Source: Podarcis melisellensis
Lineage: Eukaryota
Length of the DNA: 64,000 nt
Reading direction: 5' to 3' (one strand)
Assembly (NCBI GenBank): GCA_964234715.1
Contig: OZ174277.1
Below, one piece after another: positions 25,201 through 37,269 of this stretch. Both the position numbers and the translations under genes were made by a program. Position 1 is the stretch's first letter, and each line of letters begins with the position of its first letter. Under the pieces are notes generated by a model. That model worked only from the letters and a program-made list of their open reading frames with translations, had not been told where the DNA came from and did not search any database.

Positions 25201-28200
25201 GCAGCAGTATAAATGTAGGGTTCCAGTCAGCCTAAACAAATGTGGAATTTGGAGCAGAATTTAATATTCAAAGAATGTCAGCATGCATTTTTATATGTAA
25301 CACGTTGTTCATTCAGCTGCAAAGGTGGGTTTGAAAGTGTGTGCCTGGTGGAAACTCTGAAGCCAGAGTTAGATTTGAAGATGTTGTCAGGGAGATAAAA
25401 TACATTCATTCATCCTCAGGGCTGGAAAAAAGACAGGATTTATTAAAATAGCAAAACATAACCATAGAATCATAGATCTGTAGAGTTGGAAGGGCCCATG
25501 AAGTCATCTATTCCAACATCCTGCACTGTGGAAATCCTTTGCCCAACATGAGGCTCAAACCCACAACCTTGAGATACACAGTTTCCTGTTCTACCAATGT
25601 AAGCTATCCCAGCAGTTAGTTGATTGATGGGATTTACTTGGCCAAAAGTCCTTTTCTCTTCTTGAAGCAGAATTATGGTCACATTTTTTCTTTTTGGCAA
25701 AGAATATAAGGCTGGGTTAGCTGGTTGTGTGTTTTAGTCTCACACTACTTTGTGCCAGTTCTCTTGGGAACATTGTCACTTTTTTAGCTGAATGTGTCCC
25801 AAACATTGGTGGGTGGACGAAGTTGTATACAAATGAATAAATTTGACACTGGCACAATTTCACCCCTGTGCTTTAGTCTGCATATGTTGGTTTGTTGAGG
25901 GCCATTTTCCACCAGGGGCCACATACCTAGGTGGAGACACAGCTGAAGATAGGAACATAAGGAACTGCCTTTCATGGAGTCAGACAATGTAGCTCAGTGT
26001 TTTCTGAATGGCAATGGTTCACCAAGGTTTCAGATTAGGGATATTCCCAGCTCTACCTGGAGATACATATCATGAATTGATTTTTAGGACCTATGAATTT
26101 GGGAACTTGAGCTATGACCCATTCTGAAAATGGATGGATTGAAAATGGAAAGCAGGATATAGAATACCCTACGAGATAACTCAAATTAGAATTCCCAACT
26201 TCTATGCAGATTTACTCAGAAGGAAGCTCACTGGGTGTGAATGGGTTAATCTCAAATAAGCATACAGATGCAGGGAACAGATGAATACAACTACTGTTCT
26301 GGAAAGCAAGCAAAACTAATTCCTTTCTGACTTAGGCTTCTGGCATGAGCTTGCATCCAGTGAGTTTGTTTCAAGACAGTGGGAGTTGGGAATGGAACTT
26401 CTTTCCCCAAACCATACAATCAGAAAGAAAGTTTTAAAATTTGAATATAATATTGCTCCTTTGAAAGGAGGAGAAAATACTTTAAAAGGCCAGGAGTAGT
26501 GCAGCCATAGGAGGTTTTAGGGGTTGCATGAATTGAATTTGGGTACCACATGTTGCCTGTAAGCTGCCTACCTTGGTATCTAGCAACCAAAACACTAATG
26601 TTTATTTTTTATTTTTCTCTCTCCATGATGTACAGAATGTGACAAGCTGCGAAGGGATGGCTATCGAAGTTCTCAATACTATTCTCAGGGCCCAACTTTC
26701 TCATCTTCTTCCAGTGCAATCTGCGGAAGTCACCACGATGACTATGAAGAAATTGAACAAAAGGTGAGGTACCAAGCACCCTAGGAAATAATGTAATACA
26801 ATGCACATATAATCAAAAATTAAATCAACATAAAACACAATAGAACTCTGCAAAATATTTAGAAAATAAAAAACACCACCTATAGTGTGTTTCAACTCAA
26901 ATAAGAAAATTGCAATGCAAACATCTCTGGCAGGCAGAAGTACAGATTTTGAAACCGGTTATATTAGTATTTGCTGCTTTCATGAGCAAATAGAAAATAA
27001 AGCCATTATCCCTTTGTGAGCAGTACCTTTGTTTTTTTGTTTTTTAAAGTGTTCAGAGTTCACCTTACATTTTATTTCAGGCATTTTGTTTCAAGCAAGC
27101 TTGATGTGTTCAGAGTGGACTTAGTGCAATTAGGTTCTCTGGAAGGAAATAAACATAGCACTATGCAGATGTTTTGTGGGTGCAAGCATTGCAGCTTGCC
27201 AGATGGACCGTTCCCCACTCTCTCTCCTTGCCCCATGCGTTATTCTGGGGGTTCTCCTGCCCCTGCACCAATTTCAGGGACCTGAGAGGGAGGAAAACCA
27301 GAGTGTGCAGGCGGAAGTCCTTGTGTGAGCTTCCCCTGACAGAACTCATTAGTTGAATCCTTCCCTCTGTTCTAATTGTGCATTTGTTTCTTCATTGCGA
27401 TTTCTGTATCGTATCCACTTGAGTAATACTTGCCCCTTGTGCAGGAATCTGTTATGTGCACTGTGTTTCATAGCTATCAACTCCTTATCCACCATCTTCT
27501 TTCCTTTCTCAGGATCAGCTATGAACTCATAGCATATGTATGTGCTCAACCACTCAACCACTGGCCCTGTTCTCATACATGTGTGTACAATATATAATAA
27601 TACTTACCTACCTTAAAGGGTTGTTGCAAAGATACTGAAATCCTTGAACAGTGAAGACAGCACTGTTTGGATGGGAAGTTGTTGTTGTTTGCACCCTTCT
27701 AGCTCATTTAATCTTGAAGTTAAAGGCTGCATAACGATACTTGAAAAATAAACAAACACAGATGTGATGCATTTTCCAATAGCCTCCTCACTCCACTCCT
27801 TCCCTGTTGGTCTTCAACCATGAGTGTGTGCACTTCAATTTCCCACCTGGAGAGGGTGGGATTCATGCATGAAGATCTTGAGATGCTATTATTTAGTTTC
27901 AAGTAAATATATTTAGAGCTGTGTTGGTTTAAATCTCAAAAAAAAATCTTAGCTAGTTTTTGGACTATGATTTTTTAAATATTTATAACAGAAAATAGAG
28001 TGCAATGTCCTCAGCAAGTCAGTATTTCTTAATAGTCCTGCACTTTTGTTCCTGTGTAGGAGAAATTATTATATATGTGTTATTTGCAAAATCAGTAAAA
28101 TATTAAAACTGACTCAATAAGTGGCATTATGAGGAGATTATAGAACTGCTGAGGGCTAATTTATAGTGAAATACTACCTAATATTATAAGCAAAATGGTA

Positions 28201-31200
28201 TTTTCCTTGAAAACTACCTTCCCATAAAAATTATCTTAGAGTGATATTCCACTTTTCTTTGTTTTGATATGGTATGTACTGGTGGATATCAGTCCTCAGT
28301 GAAAGACACAGTGAGATGTACTGTTGGGTGAGGCTGTTGTTATGGTCCCTCTAGAACTAATATTGTGGGGAAGGTGGGAAGCCTGAAGCTGAGGGAGGTT
28401 TTGTAGAGAAGTAACATGGTATCTGAGAATATTTGTTCAAAAAACAGCAGTAATATATTTAGGAGAAGTGTTAGCCTCAAGGATGGGAGAGGGGAGGTTC
28501 CTTCCTTCTCTGTGGCTCCTTCCTGAGATGGTCCCAGAAGGGGGTCTTTCATGGTTCTTGTTGCCCCAGAACTTCAAAGGAAGGGGAAAATGAGCATTTG
28601 ATGTAAAAGTCTAATGTGCAGTCCCTTTGCAAGTCCGGATCAGGATGCAGATGTTATGAAATACATCTATTTGGGACCCTAGAAATTTTATGGAAATATG
28701 ATCGACTTCATGCATATTCCTGTAATTTGGTTCATACTGCCCACAGATACTTCTATGGGGACAGTTTGGGGTGGAGCCATCTTTTTAATGTGATAAATGG
28801 CCCTAATTCAAGGCAGCATTTCTGACATCCTGTACTGAAGCATATTTCCCTATTGTGAGTCCACTGAATTGGCTGGTTCTTGTTTTTGTTTTATTATTAT
28901 TATTATTTAAAAAACCCTTTGATTAAAACACGACAAACTAGTATGATATTTTCTCTCTCTCTCTTCATCACTTAAGCATGTATTCCTTGCATGGAAAATT
29001 GATGTCTTCAGATAGCAACTTCTCTTTGCTTTCTGAAATTATGTTTATCTTGTTGCTATGTTTATTGTGTCTGTTGTGTCTTTTTATGTGTGTTTTTCAT
29101 TCTCTTTTCTTTGCCACTCATTCACTTTCTTTTTTCTCTCACTCAACAGTCTAGTCTGTTAGACTGCCTCCCTCAGTCTTGCCTTAGTGCCTGCTGTTGT
29201 TTGATTCCATGGAAGATCAAGGTATCTGGCTCCAAAATGGGATCATCCAGCTGTTATGTATATATACAGCTTGATGTTATTGTGACGCTAGAATATTCTC
29301 AAATCTTATTTTTAAATTTTAACCTATTGTTGGTTTCACTTTTTCAAGATAAATCTTGTACTAACATTGTGTGATTCTATCCTTATCTCAGTAGTTGTCA
29401 ATCTAGAACCCTCAGTTTGTATATTTAACGGACTAACTCCTTTTTTGCTGCTCATACTTTGTTAATGTTCTCTGTTCTCTGTGAATAGTTACTAACTTTA
29501 CAAACCGTTATAAATGTTTTTGTAATTTGGATTGTTGTGCCGTTTTACAATAATTTATTCCAAATCAGACAAACTATATATTGATATATATATGAAATGG
29601 AAAACAAAACTTCTTAGCATTGAATCCGAGAGTGAATGTGAGTGTCTGTTAGGTTCCTCTTAACTCACACGTTTTACGACAGGGGTGGCTACCTTCCAGT
29701 TCAAGTGCCTAATCCAGCCCCCCCCCCATTTTTGTCTGCCCCTCAAGACTCCATAAACTTTTGCAATGGTTTCAAGTTTTTTAAAAAGTAAACACAATAT
29801 TTGGATGAATGGCATCCAGGGTCTAGATGGGGATGCAAGTTATCCCCTCTCTGATAATGAGATTTATCATTTGATGAGTGGGAAGAGGATGATAATTCCT
29901 GTTTACTGGCTTCAGCAACCAAAATGCCACTAATCTCATTTCTGAACATTCCTTTTCCAATCCTTACTATATGCTTTCCTGTACTGAAAACAAATAATGT
30001 TTTTGTTCCACTGTGTTCTATTCAGAGATCATGTAGAAATCCAGAAATCTCAGATGACAATCTTAAAAGATCAGTTTACTGAAATGAAACCTGAAACTTT
30101 TAATAACTGCTATTATATTTATTGAACAATCCAACCATCTCAGTATAACACTGGGAAAAATAATATTTAGTAATAGAATTAAGCATGAAAACCAAACTGT
30201 GCTACTCTTTGTAATACATAAGAATAATATTAATTTCGCTTCCTATTCATTCTCATTCCTTTTCTTCTAACACTAATCTTTGGACTGAGTTTTAAACCAC
30301 CACAAATCTGCATACTGTTTGGTTTCTTTATTATAGGCTTTGTTGGAGCAATGAATCCAGGTTGCTGCTTATTCTGAAGAGTTGTTATTTCCTTGTGCCT
30401 GCCTTTGAAATAGTCATTTAAGAACATATTGTTACACACCACCCCAGTCTTCACAGCAGTGCAAGATTCCAGGGGTTACAGCGGAGACTGTGGTGTCTTT
30501 ATGATATATGGTTCATTTACAACCTGAACCTACAAGGGAGGGACTCCCAGGATTACACTCCAAAGCTGGTCCTGTTCCTCCCATGGGTGCAACGTTGGAT
30601 TCAAACTTCCCACCCCATTCTGCTCTGACCCACATTTTCCAGCTTTGAAACTGCTTTCTAAATGCAACTATTTTCCCTTCAGCTTACATAACCCCCCACT
30701 GCAGTTCTGAAACTTCCTCCTCGCCACTCTGGCATTGTCTGTTGCTAACTACCCAGAGCCCAGAGTAAGTCTCCATGACTTTCTTGATGAGTCATCATTC
30801 TGTTTTTGCTTGCTTAATGACTAGGCCATTCACAGGCTCACCTGGCTATTTTGATATAAATCCAAGCACCCAAAAACTCTTGATACCCAAAGACATATAA
30901 CAATATTCAAAGAGTGGATTCTTCATTCCCAGCTGTTTGTTGGGGAATACAGCCAGAACACAGGAATTCTCTGGGGCAAAACTAGGGACTGTGGCAGGGT
31001 GGGGGGGTCGCATCGTGGGATGCATTCATTGCAAGAAATTAGTACAGTCGTACCTTGGTTCTTGAGCACCTTGGTACTCGTACGTTTTGGCTCCCGAACG
31101 CAAAAACCCGGAAGTAAGTGTTCCGGTTTTCGAACACTTTTTGGAAGTCGAACGTCCGACGCGGCTTCCGCCTGAGTGCTGAAAGCTCCTGCAGCCAATA

Positions 31201-34200
31201 ATATTAATTTCACTTCCTATTCATTCTCATTCCATTTCTTCTAACACTAATCTTTGGACTGATCTTTCAAACACTTTCGGAAGGTGAAAGGACTTCCGGA
31301 ACGGATTATGTTCGAGAACCAAGGCACAACTATATTGCACATGCACACCTTTCAGACATGCATAGGTCTTAGAAATTCCAGAGCTGATGTTTTCAAGCTG
31401 TTGACTGGTAGATAGTGTCTAAGCCCTACCTCAGCTGCCCCAACCATAAACATCTATAATTTTATAATTCTGTAATTAATTTCACCCTTGGCTGAGCTAC
31501 TTTTGAAAGGTTGTTTTCCATCAGGGCTGAGAATAGGGCCAGGTGTGAGTAGTTTCCCCTCACCAAGCGATCCCAGGACCTGGAGGGTTTTTTAATGCAT
31601 TAAACCAGGCTTTGCCAACCTGGTGCCCTCCAAATGTTTTGGCCTTGGCACAAGAAATGGAAACAATTGCTGCTTGGGTTGTATAAAAATATTTGTATGC
31701 ACTAAAACCTGACCAACATTTGGACAGTGTTTTGTCAGAGTAGCTGATCTGACTATTTAAATCAGGCACAGGTGAACTCGGCCCTCCAGATGTTTTTAGG
31801 ACTACAACTTCCATCATCCCAGACCACTGGTCCTGTTAGCTAGGGATGATGGGAGTTGAAGTCCCAAAACATCTGGAGGGCCAAGTTTGCCTATGCCTGA
31901 TTTAAATGGTCTATTATTTATTGGCCATCGGATCAGCTGATTTATTTTCCCATGTGTCGAAATTGTTAATTTTGTTTGTTTTGTATAACAAGGATTCAGA
32001 TATAAATTTCCCTGTCTGCCTATGTGTGTGATTTGTTTTGCCTCATGCCTCATAATTGCTTTTAAAATATGCTTTATTTGCAGTTTCCTTGAAAAAGAAG
32101 GAAAGTTATATAGTATCCATTTATGTCTCTGTCTCTTGTCATGTTCGAAGAGCCCCTGGTGACTGGCTAATGGCAGCTGGGTTTCCAAATACAATACACT
32201 GGGTCAACATAACATGACAGTTATTCATTTTGACAATGTCAACCAACCAGATAAAAAGTAGGTTACTGGGGCTTATCACACAGCACCATGCTTGAAGTAT
32301 TACTCCCTTGGCACCTGAGCCTAGAGTAAGCTTTTTTTCATGTGTAATAGTAAGATAAACAAAAGCTACACACTAATGAACCATTGCATATCATTTTAGT
32401 TTGCATTTCTATCTCTGTGACTCAGACCTTTTAAAAACTGATTTGGTGGAGTCACACTTGCAAATTTCCCCTTTGTACAAAGGAAGAAGATGGCACAGAA
32501 GGTTTCTTATCCTAATACTAAGGTCAGGGATACCAAAAGAGGGGCCATTTTCCCTAAGATTTGGTCATTGCATTGAAGAAGCTCTTCTGACATTTCAGTT
32601 GTAAATGTTTTACAAGATTTGTAAATCCATTCTTTCATGTTTGGGATTTTTAAAAATCCCATCAGAGTAGCCCTAGAGTTTGGACTAGAAGCACTGTATT
32701 TTATAGCACTGTTAAAATTCCTACTGAGAATAGTAGAGTTCTTGGTATACTATTAACAGACCAGTATTAATTCCTATGTTTTATACGTAAATTTAGTATA
32801 TGGTTCCGCATAATGTCCCTTTTTTCCAATGAGAAAAACAGTTAAGTACAAGTTTAATAATTAGATTTTTTGCATGTTTACTCAAAAGTATTCTGTATTC
32901 AGTAGTACTTACTCCCAGGTAAGTGTCCATAGGATTGCCTGTCACATTGAATTCAATTCCTTAGCATGTGCTTTATTGATTTTTTTTTAAAAAAAACTTA
33001 TTGGGTGTTGGGTGAAATCGGTTCAGTATTTGTAATTACTGCTAAAGAGGATGTACAAACCTTTACTCATGTACAAATTGGAACAAGGTCTGTCTAATTC
33101 ATATTTTGCTAGAAGTAGCCAAGGCAAAAGCATCATAACTATTTTGAATGCTTTAATTCATATTTGAAAGATAAATAAGTAAGATAAATATATTTGCACT
33201 GAATTTACAGTGTACTTTTTTTTAATAGTGTTCGACCCCTTCTCCTGAGGAGGAGAAGCTTATTAGCATCAAGAGACCCAAAACACCAGTTTCAAATGAA
33301 TTCTCTGATATCAACACTCAAACAAATTGGACCAAATCACTTCCATTGCCAACCCCGGAGGAGAAAATGCGACAGCAGGCTCAAGCAGTCCAAACTGATG
33401 TTATACCTATTAACGTAACTGGTAGGCTTTTAATTTTGTTTCTGTGTGGTGAGAAAGAGCAAGGGCTCTCAACTGGTTATTGGTTTTTATTTTGTCTGAA
33501 AATTATTGGTTTTTATTTTGTCTGAAAATACGTTTTGTAAACCCTTGTTCAAAATTTATTTGAAATACTGATGAAACTTAAAATGAGAGGCTGATTAGAT
33601 TGAAAGTACTGGTTAAATTACTACTACACTTTTCAAGAGCAGGGTTCTTTGCAGGAATTATGAAGAATATCGGTAAGAGCACACATTCAGCCTTAGATCT
33701 TAAGTTTAGTGGGTCCCCAACAAAAGGATTCTTGTGGCATAGTCAAATATATACTGAGGTTTAAAAAGAGCACAAAACCCAATATGTTTTCTACAATAAC
33801 TTTCTCTTAAGATTTTAGGATCTCTCTGCTTTTCAGTCTATGAATAATATTGAGAAACTTGCCCAAGCCAACAGATTTACATGCTCATCTGTGGCAAAAA
33901 ATATTGTTGTATGGAATATTCTTCAGGACCTTTGAGATGAAACCTATGTTAACCTCTTTCTCGGTCACAACGAAATGCTCTGTGTTAGCTTCAAAGATGA
34001 AATGTACATATTAGAAATGGTTTGCTGCTATATTAAGCTTAAAAAGTTTCAGAAAGCCTTAGATAAGATCCACTTACAGTATGTGAATATCCGCCTCTTT
34101 TGTACAATGACTGTACTTCAGTTATCCACTGGAGGAGGAAAGTGAAATGCAGAACTGTACTCCTGTTCCATTAACAAAGAAGATTTGTCTTTCTCCTGCA

Positions 34201-37200
34201 GCATGGTTGTTCTTCACTGGTGCAAAAAGGACCCCAAGGGCCATGGCACAATTACTAAATTACAACCGCATTGCCACATTCCAGCTGGTCTGAGGCACAA
34301 GAAGTTAACTTCAGTTATGCCGCATAGACTTCCATTGTGCTTTAGGTTTTCAATTAGATATTTTTGATTACATTGTTAAGGCAGCTGACTTTATTTCATT
34401 AATAATCACTTAACTTGGGCACGCCTTTCCCCTATGTGATTGCTAATAACCACTTAGCGCTGGCATCCATCTTATTTTAGCAAGATTTTCAGTATTAAAC
34501 AGTTGCCTGAGATAAATAAGAAGCTCGTGAAAGTAATTAGAAATGCAAAATGAAAAGATATTATTGAATGCCACAACTTAAAAGAGAAATGGTTTTGCGC
34601 ATTTAATTCATTACACAAATGAATAAACTGGGGTTCCTCCCAGTCCACATTGCTGCCTTCCAATTGCATAGAAGTTAAAAGACAGAGAAATAATCAGTAT
34701 GCTTAATCATAAGAGCGCAGTATATTTAGAAAAGTATGCAGTTTAATCTTGTTTAACCCTCAAAGTATGTAAAAACAAAAGGTTGGACATGAGATGGGTG
34801 AAAGGTGGGCAATTCAACGGATATACTGAAGCTGAGCCATATCGCTTTACACTTTAGAAACTGAGGTTGCATTGTAAGCTCAATTGAACACAGTGTGACT
34901 TCCTTTTGAATTAATATCTGTAAGACAAGATTTGCAGTGATACATCCTCTTTGATATGTACTTAGTTGGGAGAGGAAAAGGGGGAATACATTTTAGTTCT
35001 AACCATATCTTTAAATTGATGTAAGCGCTAGAAATCATGTATTTATATACTTTCTTCTCCCCTCTCCTTTTTTTGAAATGGCAAGGTAATATTTTTGGCT
35101 GTCTAAACCAGCAGCAGTAGATTGGGCTATTCACCACAATAAAATATTGATGTGTCTGAAATAAAATATTAACCCTAGATGTGCTTTTTAATAAATCAAG
35201 CGCCTTTTTAAAAAGATTAATTAATAATGAACACAGCCCACAACCTTTCACTTGGCTGCACAACAGATGAGACCTGCTTTGGTTTCGTTTGGCAGCGCTC
35301 TTTCAGTCGGACAGATTGTAGTACTGTAAATCTGGCGAGTAACCTGAAGGTGCTGGGGCATTGCATTAATCTGAAAAGCTGCTGACTGGCTATCCATGTT
35401 TGGGAGTGGAATTAGTTTCTTGGGTCATCAGGAGCTGAGCTTGCTCTGGAAGGGATAGACTCAAAGTTTTAGTCTTTAAAAAGCATATGCTCCCAATCTA
35501 TTGAACACCATGCTCTAATTTTTAATCCAGGAACAGGTGGCGTCGTCGGGTGTGGGTCTTACCCAGATACAAAGGAAGATAATAGGAGCTGGTGCGCATC
35601 TAAGTCATAAATAAAAGATAAAGGGCTTCATTCTGCAAATTACTGAAACACTGACTTACGTACCATTGACTTCATTGGGCTGTTCCTTGATGAACAAGTT
35701 AAATTTAAGCAAGTGCATAAATTGAATTGTGGCCAGAGAAGGCTACCGAAAAGGTTGTTTTTTTAAAAAAAAAACACAAACCCACCACAAAAATTAAATA
35801 CAGGTTTATTTTTAAAAACTAAAACTTTCAACCAGTTTTTGCACACAAGTTTCCTAACAGGTTTTATTTGATTTTGGATGAATACAGACAGTTGTTTACC
35901 AAGTGGTAACTTATCAAAGTATGTACGCAGAAACTTGGTAAACCACTTACCTGTAGCAACCTGCTAAATAGTGAGGATAACTTTTTTTATCACATATGCA
36001 AGCTGAATCAGAACTCTGGTGAAGCAGAAGAGTGGTAAAAAGTATCCTTACTACGTGAAACAATATTACTTCCTTACCAACTCATTACTGGTTGGTAAAG
36101 AATAATACCTATAAATATGCTGACTTAAAAAAAATATTTCTGTACAAGTTGACTTTGTGCCTTCGCTGATACAGATTTTGGTACAAAATAGACAACTTTG
36201 CCACTATTTCCATGTGCATGATGGGGCTTTTGATCTTTTTCTCTACAAGGCTTAGTTCTTATCTCTCAGGTTCTAAGCTACATGGTGAGCTATTCAGAGG
36301 AGCGTCAGTAGCTTTCCCAGTGTGACATAGGAGGGCTGCAGTTCAGTGTAATAATTAAATAATTAACCCCCTGGCATGCCTAACAGCAGGCCATTGGTCT
36401 GAAACTCTTAATTTTATAACTCCCAGTTCTCTTCACTAACCTCATCTACTATTAGAGTTTCAAAGGTTTCACTTAACAAGCACATTGTATCTTTAAACCC
36501 AAATATGATTATTCAGGGAAAACCAATTCTTTTCATTTGGCAACCAGGGATGGAACATGTCTCTTCTAGTCTTTGTTCCTGTAATCTAGAAATGTCCACG
36601 TGCATTGTTGTATAATTTGTAAAAGTCATTTTCCTTATGCCATACAATCTAATGGAAGCGTTCTGGTCCGAAACTCCTAGGATGTCACATATGATGCGCA
36701 CAGCAATGTCTAGCAAATACCAAATGCACTGTTCAATGAGAAATAACTTGGCTATCTAGATATTTAAAATAGAATTCGGAAGAATTCAAATACCTACCTT
36801 TTTTCCGGAAAGAAGTATAGTGAAACAGAGCTTTGACACTTCTATATTTACTGCCCTAAGGATTTATAGGTTTGAGAAGAATATTAGGAATGTGAAGTTT
36901 GTTAAGGGGGAGAAAATAAAATGAGATTTTAAAATCACTTGTATGTTTTAACTAATTTGTAAAGCATCTCAAATGACAGAAGAAGCAAGATAGAAATTTC
37001 AAACAAATGGAAATGGCCAGGTTATTAATTCATTGAAAGAAGTGAATTTGTTTGAAGCTGTTCAACCTGTAGAAATGCTGCTGGGTCCAGATATGATACA
37101 GCAAATGGTCAACTATAAGGCTTTCTTGTTTTGCATGCACCACACAAACTTTTAATTTTGTTGACATCCAGGTGGGTTCAGTCCATTGCGAAAATGCAGT

Positions 37201-37215
37201 ATCACCCAATGATAG

Positions 37216-37269
<54 letters not shown>

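Noticed and set aside
35255-35470. Repeat-free block that looks like a possible conserved enhancer
   Set aside because: Cannot be supported without a multi-species alignment; no decisive motif arrangement.
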